NCBI GenBank assembly: GCA_963847695.1
Contig: CAWKAX010000029.1
Coordinates: 2,150-66,149, forward strand
Reading direction: 5' to 3'
DNA from: an uncultured Acidobacteriota bacterium
Lineage (GTDB): Bacteria > Acidobacteriota > Terriglobia > Acidiferrales > UBA7541
DNA: 64,000 nt
A program made the translations under genes and the position numbers. Positions 47,881 through 57,508 of the stretch are shown piece by piece (position 1 is the first letter of the stretch; each line of letters opens with the position of its first letter). The notes beneath the pieces are model-generated. The model was not told where the DNA came from and searched no databases. It saw nothing but the letters and a program-made list of their open reading frames with translations.

Positions 47881-48879
47881 AAAAATCGAAAGTAAAACTT
47901 CCGAAGGCAGCTCCGAAACTGAAGGGGTTGAGCTTTCAGAATCTTCTACTAAAACTTGAAGAATATTGGACGCGAGCGCGACTGTATTTTGCAGCAACCC
48001 TACGACATCGAGGTCGGTGCCGGCACCATGCACCCCGAAACTTTTCTGCGCGTGCTGGGGCCGAAGCCCTATCGCGCGGTTTACGCGCAGCCCAGCCGGC
48101 GTCCGGCGGACGGACGCTACGGCGAAAATCCGAATCGGCTGTACAAGCACACGCAGCTGCAGGTGATCCTGAAACCGGCGCCTTCGAACATTCAGGATTT
48201 GTATTTGCGCAGCCTCGAAGCTGTGGGAATCAATCTGAAAGAGCACGACGTGCGCTTCGAGGAAGACAACTGGGAGTCGCCGACGCTGGGCGCGTGGGGA
48301 ATTGGCTGGCAGGTATTGCTCGACGGGCAGGAAATCACGCAATTCACCTACTTCCAGCAGAGCGGCGGGCAGGATCTCGACCCCATTACCGTTGAAATTA
48401 CCTACGGGCTAGACCGCATCGCGTCTTATTTGCAAGGTGTCGACAACGTGTTTGACGTGCGCTGGTCGGACACGGTGAGCTATCGCGAAGTGCGGCTGGC
48501 CGAAGAGCAGCAATTCTCGGCGTACAGCTTCGATTTCGCGGATGCGGTTTCGATTCGCAAGCAATTCGAGCTGGCCGAAGCGGAAGCGACGCGCTTGTTG
48601 CAGCTCTGGGCCGGATTGAAAGTGCCGGGCGCGAAGAAGGGCTTTCCAGTGCTGCAGGCCTACGACTTCACTTTGAAGTGTTCGCATTTTTTTAACTTGC
48701 TCGACGCGCGCGGTGCGATCTCGGTGACCGAGCGTGCGGCGATCATTGGCCGGGTGCGCAAGCTGGCGACTCGCGTGGCGGCAGCCTGGCTGGAACAACA
48801 GGCCGAGGCCGGCGCCGGGGTGCCGGGAGTGGCCGCGCCGACATCTGTGGCTGGACCTGAAGCGCAGGTGCGGGCATGA
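47877..48879 (+). pseudogene. glyQ: glycine--tRNA ligase alpha subunit, one N-terminal frame disruption
   Basis: GTGA overlap with the recO stop. [14 protein letters not shown] is in frame 3. From about 47970 the conserved ...[27 protein letters not shown]...[17 protein letters not shown]... continues in frame 1. Confidence 0.85.
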
Positions 48880-51050
48880 AGGCTAACGTGAAGAAGAACA
48901 TTAAGGGCCGGGGCGATTTTCTTTTTGAAATTGGATGCGAAGAAATCCCTGCGGGAATGATCGTAAAGGCCTGCGGCGAGCTTAAGGCGCTACTTGAGAA
49001 ATATTTCGTAGCGAATGCATTGCTGGAAGAGAAGTCGGCAGGCACTTCAATTGAGACTTTCGGTGCGCCGCGACGACTGGCGGCGATCGTGCGCAATGTT
49101 CAACTAAAACAGCAAGACGTGGTGAAGGAAATTACCGGTCCGCCCAAAGCGATCGCGTTCGATAGTGTCGGCGAGCCGACGCGCGCGGCGATGAGCTTCG
49201 CTGAAAAACAAGGATTGCCGGTTTCAAAGTTGACCATCATTCAAACTCCGAAGGGCGAGTACCTCGCCGCCAAACAAGAAGTGAAAGGAAAGTTCGCGAC
49301 GGAAATTCTGGCCGGCGTTTTGCCGCAGGTCATTGCCGAAATCAGCTGGCCGCGTTCGATGTATTGGACCGGCTTGAATAAGCAACGTTTCATCCGGCCC
49401 ATTCGCTGGATCGTCGCGCTGCTCGACGGCAAAATCGTGCCATGCGCTTTCGCCGACGTGAAATCCGGGGCGCACACCGAAGGACATCGCTTCCTGGGTA
49501 GCTCGCGAATCGCGCTTTCCGGCCCAGAAGACTACGAAGCAAAGTTAAAGAAGAACTTCGTGTTAGTCCGCCCGGAAGCGCGGGCGGCGAAAATCGACGC
49601 GGAGATCCGGGCGATCACCAAAAAGAAGAATCTGCGGGTCCACGACGACGCCGGGCTCACCGAAATGGTCACCTATTTGAACGAATATCCGTCGGTGATC
49701 CTTGGCGATTTCGATCCGGCGTATCTCTCCTTGCCGGACGAGATCCTGATCACGGTCATGCGCGACCATCAGAAATATTTCGGCCTAGAGCAGAAAGACG
49801 GGGAACTGGCTCCACACTTCTTAGCGGTGATCAATCTGCCAAGCGACCCCAAGGGCCTTGTGCGCGCTGGGCACGAACGCGTTCTGCGGGCGCGTTTCGC
49901 GGATGCGCAATTTTTCTGGGAGACCGACCAGAAAACCAAGCTCGCGGACCAGCTGCCGAAGCTTAAAGCCGTGACTTACGAATCGCGGCTGGGGAGCTAC
50001 GGCGACAAAGTCGAGCGCATGCGGGCTCTGGCGCGTTGGTTGGCAGAGCAGTGGTTCAGCTCCGGCGTGACTCAAGCGGATGTGGCGGGCTCGGATCGTG
50101 CGGCAGAGCTGGCCAAATGTGACCTGGTGACCGAAATGGTGCGCGAATTCACCGAATTGCAGGGCGTGGTAGGCGGTCTGTATGCGCGGGCTCAAGGCGA
50201 GTCCGACGAAATCGCCTGGGCGGTCTATGATCATTACAAGCCGGTTGGACTCGACGATCCACTGCCTCGCAACCTGACTGGATGCGCGGTGGCCCTTGCG
50301 GACAAGCTCGATTCGCTCGTCGCGTTTTTTGCGGTGGGCGCGATACCCACCGGATCAAGCGATCCTTACGCGTTGCGTCGCGCAGCGCAGGGAATTGTAA
50401 AGATTATCCTCGAACGCAAGCTGCCCATGTCGCTGTCCGCTGCAATCTCCGCCGCGGCCAAGGCGCTGCAGGAACACGCACCGAAAATCACGGCCAGCGA
50501 AGCCGTGGAAAAGCAGGTCCTGGCGTTCCTGCTCGAACGTGCGAAATTCGTCCTGCGGGAAAAGGGCGGTTTTGCCTACGACGAGATCAATGCGGCGTTT
50601 GCTGCCGGCGCCGACGATTTGGTGGATGCAGCCGAACGTGTGGCGGCCGTGAAGGCCATCCGCAATATGAAGAATTTCGCGCCGCTTGCCGCATCCTTCA
50701 AACGCATCCGGAATATTTTGGAGAAATCGGCGGGCGGTAGCGACCGGGCACACGCCGTGGTCAGCAACGAACTGCTCTGGGAGCCGGCCGAGAAAGAATT
50801 GCATGCGGCAGCGCAGCGCGTCGGCGAAGTCGTAAGGACCAAGAAGAAGAACAAGAAATATCGAGAAGCACTTGAAGCTGTCTCGGAGCTGCGCCCGGCG
50901 GTCGACGCGTTCTTCGATAAAGTTCTGGTAATGGTTGAAGACAAAAACGTCCGGGCCAACCGGCTTGCGTTGCTCGGAAACTTATTTAAAGAGTTTTCTG
51001 CAGTCGCGGACTTCTCGGAGTTGGGTGGTGAAGAGGCGTCGAAAGTTTAG
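48876..51050 (+). CDS. glyS: glycine--tRNA ligase beta subunit
   Basis: 724 aa. ATGA overlap with gly[15 protein letters not shown] start typical of GlyS. Confidence 0.9.
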   Translation: MKANVKKNIKGRGDFLFEIGCEEIPAGMIVKACGELKALLEKYFVANALLEEKSAGTSIETFGAPRRLAAIVRNVQLKQQDVVKEITGPPKAIAFDSVGEPTRAAMSFAEKQGLPVSKLTIIQTPKGEYLAAKQEVKGKFATEILAGVLPQVIAEISWPRSMYWTGLNKQRFIRPIRWIVALLDGKIVPCAFADVKSGAHTEGHRFLGSSRIALSGPEDYEAKLKKNFVLVRPEARAAKIDAEIRAITKKKNLRVHDDAGLTEMVTYLNEYPSVILGDFDPAYLSLPDEILITVMRDHQKYFGLEQKDGELAPHFLAVINLPSDPKGLVRAGHERVLRARFADAQFFWETDQKTKLADQLPKLKAVTYESRLGSYGDKVERMRALARWLAEQWFSSGVTQADVAGSDRAAELAKCDLVTEMVREFTELQGVVGGLYARAQGESDEIAWAVYDHYKPVGLDDPLPRNLTGCAVALADKLDSLVAFFAVGAIPTGSSDPYALRRAAQGIVKIILERKLPMSLSAAISAAAKALQEHAPKITASEAVEKQVLAFLLERAKFVLREKGGFAYDEINAAFAAGADDLVDAAERVAAVKAIRNMKNFAPLAASFKRIRNILEKSAGGSDRAHAVVSNELLWEPAEKELHAAAQRVGEVVRTKKKNKKYREALEAVSELRPAVDAFFDKVLVMVEDKNVRANRLALLGNLFKEFSAVADFSELGGEEASKV

Positions 51051-51193
51051 ATTCGCGCCTGCTGAAACGTAAAGCGTCACACGAATTGTCGGACCGGCGA
51101 CGACTGCGTGCTTCAACTAGAACTTCAGCATCGCCGTGCGACGACGAGTCATCGTTTCTTCGGCAAGGTGCAGTAAAAGGTGAAGCGGTCCGT

Positions 51194-51871
51194 ATGAGCA
51201 CATCCTCTGCAAATTCACGGTCAACCTCACGGTCCCTGTACGGCTCAGTGGACCGCCCACTGATCATCGGCATTTGCGGCGGCACCGGTTCCGGCAAGAC
51301 CACCATCACCCGGCGGATCATCGAAGCACTCTCGACCACAAGCGTGGTCGTGCTGCAGCAGGACAATTATTATCGCGACTATCCCGGCCTCTCCTTTGAA
51401 GATCGCACCAAAATTAATTTCGACCATCCCGATTCGATGGATACGCCGCTCTTGGCCGAAGATGTTCGCAAGCTGAGGTCGGGGCAGGCCATCGAGCGGC
51501 CCACCTACGATTTCGCCAACTTCCAGCGGCTCCACGGCACGGTGCGCATCGAGCCGTTGCCGGCAATCATTGTGGAAGGCATTCTGATTTTCGAGAGCAA
51601 ACCGCTGCGCGACTTGATGGACATCAAGATTTTTGTCGATACCGACGCTGATTTGCGTTTTATCCGACGCCTGGAACGCGATATTCGCGAGCGCGGTCGC
51701 ACCATGGAAATGGTCATCGAGCAATACATGGCCACGGTGCGGCCGATGCACCTGGAATTTGTCGAGCCGTCCAAGCGCTACGCCGATGTGATCATTCCGG
51801 AAGGCGGACATAATGATGTGGGCATCGATTTAGTGCGGCAGAAAATTCGTTCGTTGCTGCCGACCGGATAA
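51194..51871 (+). CDS. udk: uridine kinase
   Basis: P-loop GICGGTGSGKTT, plus DNYY, FDHPDS, ERD and RPMHLEFVEPSKRYADVIIPEGG motifs. Confidence 0.9.
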   Translation: MSTSSANSRSTSRSLYGSVDRPLIIGICGGTGSGKTTITRRIIEALSTTSVVVLQQDNYYRDYPGLSFEDRTKINFDHPDSMDTPLLAEDVRKLRSGQAIERPTYDFANFQRLHGTVRIEPLPAIIVEGILIFESKPLRDLMDIKIFVDTDADLRFIRRLERDIRERGRTMEMVIEQYMATVRPMHLEFVEPSKRYADVIIPEGGHNDVGIDLVRQKIRSLLPTG

Positions 51872-51940
51872 ATTAAGGTGACCCACGGGAACTTCGTAGA
51901 CGATTTGCGCGTATAAACGAGAGCAGGTAGGAGGGCACCG

Positions 51941-52138
51941 GTGAAATTTCTGCTTTGGTTGATCTTGCTGTTCCTCTGCTGGCCTCTGGCGCTGCTCGCG
52001 TTGATCCTTTACCCCTTCGTTTGGCTCATTCTGCTGCCGTTTCGAATCCTGGGCATCGCCGTCGAAGGCGTCCTCGATCTGCTCAAGGGAATTCTATTCC
52101 TGCCTGGACGAATCCTGCGCGGCCCGCGCGCCGCTTAG
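51941..52138 (+). CDS. small hydrophobic membrane protein (65 aa)
   Basis: GTG start preceded by GGAGGG. Two predicted TM helices (FLLWLILLFLCWPLALLALILYPFVWLILLPF). Confidence 0.45.
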   Translation: MKFLLWLILLFLCWPLALLALILYPFVWLILLPFRILGIAVEGVLDLLKGILFLPGRILRGPRAA

Positions 52139-52325
52139 TCACCAAACCTCACCTCGAGTAATGGTTCAGCATGTTTCACTGACAAAATGCGTCACGTATT
52201 GCGAATTCCATGTGAGGTCGTGCTTGAATTGTCGTTGCGTCGACTCGACTCTGAAGCGATGCATTACTTGAAGTGTGTGAAGTTCGTGCGGTGGGAAAGA
52301 CTGAGGCGCTACTTCGGTTGTTACT

Positions 52326-53429
52326 TTAGATTACGCCGGCGTGGAGCTGGGGGGCTTCCGCGCCGGCGCACCGATCTTCCAAACCGATTAGCGGTCCATC
52401 AGGTTTACAGCGGTAGCCTTGTCCGTGCCGCCAGCCGACGGCTTGTGCGCCAACGACTTGGGACAGGTGCAACACGGTGTCGGCGTTCACGATCGCCACG
52501 AAGGTGCGGTCGTTGGGGGCGAGCGCCGGGGCACCTTTGCGGTATTGCGACAGCAGGAACGCGTACCCTTCGAATTTGCCGGTCGGAATTTGATTTGGCT
52601 GCTTCGAAGCGAAGGCGACGGACAGCGAGTCTCCGCTCACGGTCGCCGCGTCCTGCATGAACCAGGCAACTTCGCCGGAGCCGCCGAGCGCGGGCTTGCG
52701 CATAGCCATCACCCGAGCGCGGGCCGCGGCGCCGCGTTGAATCACTACCACTCCGTTCACCACCACGTCCTGCGTCACGGACATGTTGACCACGGCGCCT
52801 TCGTGCAGTTCGTCCACCGCGACTTCTCGGCTCAGCGCTACCATCACCGGCGTACCACCAGGGACAACAACCTTCACGTCGTGCAGGTCGTTAGAGGGCG
52901 CCGAAGGCTTCTGAGCTTCCAGCATGGCCAGAATCACTTTGTCGGAAACGCCCGCAGCTTTCAGTTCATGCAAGCTGTAATCCGAGGTGTTGAACGCGGT
53001 CTCGGAGAAGCGAATCTTGGTGACGATCGCATCGGAGCTGACGTGCGCATGATGCAAGTCGAGTATCGAGCGGTTGGTGAGCGTGACGGCCGGAACGTCT
53101 CCGGCATAGTGGCGCGCGAGAGCTTCGGGCAGCACGGCGTCCGCCGACACAACATCGGCTGGCGCATCGGTCGTCGTATCGGTCTCGAGCAACCAACCGG
53201 TTTTGCCGGATGGCGTCGACACCTGCAGGAAATCGCCGCCGCGGTTTATTACTTCTACTTTCTCGCCGCAGCGCAGCTTGGCCATCTCATCAAACTTCTC
53301 GGTCGAACGGTACATCAGGATGTACCCGTCGTGCGCGCCGCACTGAGTGTAAACGGTATTGCCGGTGCCGGCGTACGCGGGTACCGCCGTTCCTACCAGA
53401 AGTGCCACTGCTGCGAATCGCAGATTCAT
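52326..53429 (-). CDS. secreted SH3-domain protein with helical middle module and C-terminal beta-rich domain (paralog A)
   Basis: Signal peptide. SH3b-like segment GYILMYRSTEKFDEMAKLRCGEKVEVINRGGDFLQVSTPSGKTGWL. Then ...LHELKAAGVSDKVILAMLEAQ, then VVPGGTPVMVALSREVAVDELHEGAVVNMSVTQDVVVNGVVVIQRGAAARARV. Confidence 0.75.
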   Translation of the reverse strand: MNLRFAAVALLVGTAVPAYAGTGNTVYTQCGAHDGYILMYRSTEKFDEMAKLRCGEKVEVINRGGDFLQVSTPSGKTGWLLETDTTTDAPADVVSADAVLPEALARHYAGDVPAVTLTNRSILDLHHAHVSSDAIVTKIRFSETAFNTSDYSLHELKAAGVSDKVILAMLEAQKPSAPSNDLHDVKVVVPGGTPVMVALSREVAVDELHEGAVVNMSVTQDVVVNGVVVIQRGAAARARVMAMRKPALGGSGEVAWFMQDAATVSGDSLSVAFASKQPNQIPTGKFEGYAFLLSQYRKGAPALAPNDRTFVAIVNADTVLHLSQVVGAQAVGWRHGQGYRCKPDGPLIGLEDRCAGAEAPQLHAGVI

Positions 53430-53760
53430 TGTTTTTTCCCAAGTCCGGGAGCGGCGGCTGCCTAAGCCTCGCTCCTTGAATTTACTGGTTCGTTGCGCCT
53501 GAACCCATTCTTGCGGAGGGGTTAGAAACTGCCAATGGTACCAATGGCCATATTTTGAAAGTTTTCAGGACAGGTACGAAAGTCCCAGAAGCGAAAGGCG
53601 AAGTGTTTCCTGACGTATTTCTGGTAGCGGTTGAACAAGAAATCGCTTGAAGTGTTGGCTGGGCGACAACTCACTATAATGTTGAGCTGTTTTCTCGAGG
53701 GAAGTGGATTGCCAGGGCCGGTAGGAGATCTTGAGGCGTGCGAAGTTCTACTTTAAATAT

Positions 53761-54903
53761 TCACATGGGAGAGAATCGACGCTTGGGGAAAGTCGATTGA
53801 TTCGACGAAGCGCTTTGCGACGCTTCAGGTGACACTTGAAGATCTTCGGATGACTTTTTCGACGGGTCGCCAGCAGGACTCGGTTGCGTTGCCACCGCAG
53901 CCGGGATCCTCAAATTCAATTCGCCATGTGTGGTCGCGCGCAAACGCCGCCCGGCGGGCATGGTTCCAGGTTGCTTCTTCTTGAATTCCCAGGTCGTGCC
54001 CATATCCTGCGCGGCAATTTCGGAGGCAGTGACCGGGGGCGCTTCCAACGGAGCGAACGTTACCGGGAGCAGATCGCCGTTGGCCGCCAGCACGTCCTGC
54101 ATGGCCCACTCGACGTCGCCGGTCTTGTTTATGAAGGTCGGCTGATTGATGACGTAGACCCGGGCGCGAGCGTCGGAATCCTTGCGCACGATCGCCACAC
54201 CGTCGACCACCACGTCCTTGGTCACCTTCAGGTGAATGATCATGCCTTCGCGCACATCGTCGGAGGAAATTGCCTCCGGCAGCACCATCTCAACAGGTGT
54301 GCCATCGGGAACCTTGACCTGCACGAACTCGGGATTGGCCGGCACAGCATCGGGAGCCGCGACTGCTACGGGCGTCGGACCAGCCGCCTGCGACGGCGCT
54401 TGGACCATGGCCACGATTACCTTGTCCGGCACGCCGGCAGCTTTGAGCTTCTGCAGGCCGTAAGGCGTGGTGTCGAAGCTGGTCGGCGATGCATTGATTT
54501 TGGCGATGATGACGTCCGGGCTCATGCGCATCGCCTGCATGCCAATTACGTTTCGGTTGGTCAGCGGCGCCACCACGGGGTGTTGGCTCGCGACCTGCGC
54601 GTTAGTTAGGCCAAAAGGAGTAGCGGTAGGAGCGACCGCCGGGCCGCCGCTGATGTCCGCGGCGCGGGCCCAGCCGACCTTGCCATCGAGTGTGCGAATC
54701 TGCAGGTAATCGAAGTATTTCGCCAGCACTTCCACTTTCTCGCCGCAGCGCAGCTTGCCCAGCTCTTCAAACTGGTCGGTATTTTTGTAGAGCATCACGT
54801 AAGCGCCGTAGGTGCCGCAGAAGGAAAAGGCCGGCGCCTGGGCGAATACTGCGGAGGACGAGGAAGCAACAATAAGGATAGCGGCTGCGTAGCGCAGTTT
54901 CAT
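53761..54903 (-). CDS. secreted SH3-domain protein (paralog B of 52326..53429)
   Basis: ATG at 54903 (MKLRYAAAILIVASSSSAVFA). Same three-module order as paralog A, plus a Ser/Pro-rich C-terminal tail. Confidence 0.75.
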   Translation of the reverse strand: MKLRYAAAILIVASSSSAVFAQAPAFSFCGTYGAYVMLYKNTDQFEELGKLRCGEKVEVLAKYFDYLQIRTLDGKVGWARAADISGGPAVAPTATPFGLTNAQVASQHPVVAPLTNRNVIGMQAMRMSPDVIIAKINASPTSFDTTPYGLQKLKAAGVPDKVIVAMVQAPSQAAGPTPVAVAAPDAVPANPEFVQVKVPDGTPVEMVLPEAISSDDVREGMIIHLKVTKDVVVDGVAIVRKDSDARARVYVINQPTFINKTGDVEWAMQDVLAANGDLLPVTFAPLEAPPVTASEIAAQDMGTTWEFKKKQPGTMPAGRRLRATTHGELNLRIPAAVATQPSPAGDPSKKSSEDLQVSPEASQSASSNQSTFPKRRFSPM

Positions 54904-55050
54904 GGCACTCAAGACCAGACGGTCGCGGCGAAATTCCGGGCAGCGAATGCGAGCGGGCGCGACCAAACTAGTTTTGCTGGAAGGGGAGCTACGGCCAATA
55001 GTACTTGTGATGGTTTAGTAAAGGGCTTGGCGGGCGAGCCGCCAAAGCTG

Positions 55051-57420
55051 TTAGGTAGGCATGCGCAGGAAGAAATATACCGCTAGAAAGCCGAAAATTG
55101 CGTCCGGCGCCCACCCCGCGAGTATGGGCGGAAGCTGGCCCACTGAGCCCATGGCTTCGAACAGGGCGGCCGTGGCCCAGTACACAATCGCGATCGCAAT
55201 AGCCAATGCCAGGCCGCCGATCGCGCCCCGGGTGCCAACCAAGAATCCGAAGGGCGCCGCAAGACACACGATGATGGCCGCGATCAGCGGGAACGCGAAT
55301 TTTTTCTGCCACTGCACCGAAAGCCGCGCGGTGTCGAATCCGGCGTTGTGCAAGCTGACGATGTATTCGCCCAGCTGCCGCCAGTTCATCTGATACGACT
55401 GGCGAACTTCCCGGCGGAAGTAGCTCGGCGGCTCCGAAATTTCCGGCAGCGATTCGACTTTGAACGGCGTGTAGCGAGTCACGCGCTGGCCGTCAAAATC
55501 GCGAATCCATCCGCCGGTCAGTACCCAAGTATTTTCGCTGGGCTCCCAGGTCGCACGCGAGGCGAACACGCGCCGGCGCATCTGAAAAGTGGCCGGGTCG
55601 AGTTCGAAGACGCTCAGGCCGCCGAAGAGATTGCGGTCGGCGTCGAAGAGTTCGTAGTTATAAATTTTGCCGTTCTCGCCGTAAATCCACTGATGCGCCG
55701 GCTGAAAATAAGTCTGCGCCGGACGGCCCTTGATCTGGTTGCGCAGCGCGTCTTGCCGCTGGTTGGCGTAGGGCAGGAAGGTGTCGTCCAGCAAAAACAT
55801 TCCGCCGGCGATGAGGCATCCGGCCAGCGCCAATGGCAGCACCAAACGATACAGGCTGATGCCGCTGGCTTTGAACGCGATCACTTCATTATTTTTGGCC
55901 ATCACCGCAAGTGTGACCAGCGTAGCGACCAGAGTAGCCAGCGGCGCCAGCTGGTACAGCATCAACGGAACCAGCTCGCGAAAATAATTCAGGACCACCG
56001 AAACGGGGATGTGATTTTTCGAAATATCGCCGAGCAGATCGAAAAGTGTGAACGCGTCAAAAATAAGGATAAAGCCCGCCAGCAGCACCAAGAAGTAATA
56101 GAAGAATCCTTGCAGCAGATAGAAGTCGATCAGCATGGGGAAAGAAACCGCGTCGCCTTCAACCGCCAACGCCGCGCGCGCAGCCACGCCGGATTTGGGT
56201 TCGTCCGCGGCAACTTTAGGCGCCTTGCCGTTGGTGACGGCAATCGGTATCGGCGCGGCTTGCGATTCCAATCGCTGCGCCGGGCGGCGCTTGCGGAACA
56301 GGGAATCAACCCAGGCGAAAAAGCGGTTCGGCTTGCGAACTCTTTCGATGCGCCGCAGAAAAACAATTCCCAGCGCCAGCAGCACGAAGTTCGCTCCCCA
56401 CACGCCCAACCACGGAGACACGGACCCTTGCTGCGCCATATGCGTTCCGGTGACGAAAATGAAATAATACCCACCGACCAAAACCAGCGTCAGCACCAGG
56501 CCGGCGGCGCGACCTCCGCGGCGCGGACGCACGCCGATGGGAACCCCCAGCAGCGCGAACAGCAGACAAGCCGCGGGAAACGCAATACGCCGCTGGAATT
56601 CCACGCGCGCATCACGCCAGTTCGGACCACTGTCGGCGCGCAACTGGCTCATCGAACTTTCGGCATTCGATAAAATTGTGCTTTTCGGCCCAATGGCGGC
56701 GGCGGAAAGATCGACGGGAATATCGCTCTGGCCAAAAGTGGTTACGTTATAGTGCGTCGGTTCGTTGGGATCGTATTCGTGCTGGCTGCCTTGGCCCAGA
56801 TGCAGTTCGATTTGGTTTTGGGTGGGGCCGTCGATGACCTGCGCATCTTGGGCCAGCGTCACGCTGGTGGCCGACGCCGAACCGGATGACGCCAAGAACA
56901 CGCCCTGCCATCTGGTGGCCGCCGCTTCCACATCCTGGACATATAATATGAAGTGCGGGAAGCGTTCGTCGAAGACCCGCGGTTGAATGGCGTAAGCGGC
57001 CTGAGACATTAAAACGCGTTCTTCCAGGTTGCGCAGGGTGCGAATCGCGGCAGGGCTGATCCAGAAAGTTAGGATCATGGTGCCGAGCCCGCAAGCCATC
57101 GCGACCACGCCAATCGGCAGCAGCAAGCGGCGCAGGCTGATTCCCGAAGCGTGCAGCGCGACGATTTCGCTGTCCGCGGAAAGCCGGCCCAGGCCGATCA
57201 GTACGCCGACCAGCACTGCCATCGGCACGGTGAAAGCCAGCACTGGCGTGAGCGAGCAGAGGAAAATCAGGGTCACGGTGCCGAAGCCGCCCGAATGGCG
57301 CACTACCAGATCCATCAGGCGCACCAGTTGCGGGACAAAAAATACGAAAGTGAAGACGGCCAGGCCCAGCAAGGAGTGCGAGGCTACTTCGCGGCCGATG
57401 TACTTATCGAGAAGGCGCAT
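55051..57420 (-). CDS. LPS export ABC permease, LptF-like and LptG-like halves in one 789-aa frame
   Basis: N-terminal half MRLLDKYIGREV... (YjgP/YjgQ fold). A low-complexity linker covers roughly aa 361-428. The second half starts MLIDFYLLQGFFYYFLV... at 56136 and also has the YjgP/YjgQ fold. Confidence 0.8.
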   Translation of the reverse strand: MRLLDKYIGREVASHSLLGLAVFTFVFFVPQLVRLMDLVVRHSGGFGTVTLIFLCSLTPVLAFTVPMAVLVGVLIGLGRLSADSEIVALHASGISLRRLLLPIGVVAMACGLGTMILTFWISPAAIRTLRNLEERVLMSQAAYAIQPRVFDERFPHFILYVQDVEAAATRWQGVFLASSGSASATSVTLAQDAQVIDGPTQNQIELHLGQGSQHEYDPNEPTHYNVTTFGQSDIPVDLSAAAIGPKSTILSNAESSMSQLRADSGPNWRDARVEFQRRIAFPAACLLFALLGVPIGVRPRRGGRAAGLVLTLVLVGGYYFIFVTGTHMAQQGSVSPWLGVWGANFVLLALGIVFLRRIERVRKPNRFFAWVDSLFRKRRPAQRLESQAAPIPIAVTNGKAPKVAADEPKSGVAARAALAVEGDAVSFPMLIDFYLLQGFFYYFLVLLAGFILIFDAFTLFDLLGDISKNHIPVSVVLNYFRELVPLMLYQLAPLATLVATLVTLAVMAKNNEVIAFKASGISLYRLVLPLALAGCLIAGGMFLLDDTFLPYANQRQDALRNQIKGRPAQTYFQPAHQWIYGENGKIYNYELFDADRNLFGGLSVFELDPATFQMRRRVFASRATWEPSENTWVLTGGWIRDFDGQRVTRYTPFKVESLPEISEPPSYFRREVRQSYQMNWRQLGEYIVSLHNAGFDTARLSVQWQKKFAFPLIAAIIVCLAAPFGFLVGTRGAIGGLALAIAIAIVYWATAALFEAMGSVGQLPPILAGWAPDAIFGFLAVYFFLRMPT

Positions 57421-57508
57421 CGAGTTGAACGAGAAATTCTAGCACGGCGCGGGTTTTGATTCGGGCCATTCGCGTGGCCGCTGATTCCCCGGGGGCGGGT
57501 TTTCCCAT

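Noticed and set aside
52039-52049. GTTTCGAATCC, resembling a tRNA T-arm
   Set aside because: There is no acceptor stem, D-arm or anticodon arm around it. It lies inside the small membrane-protein ORF.
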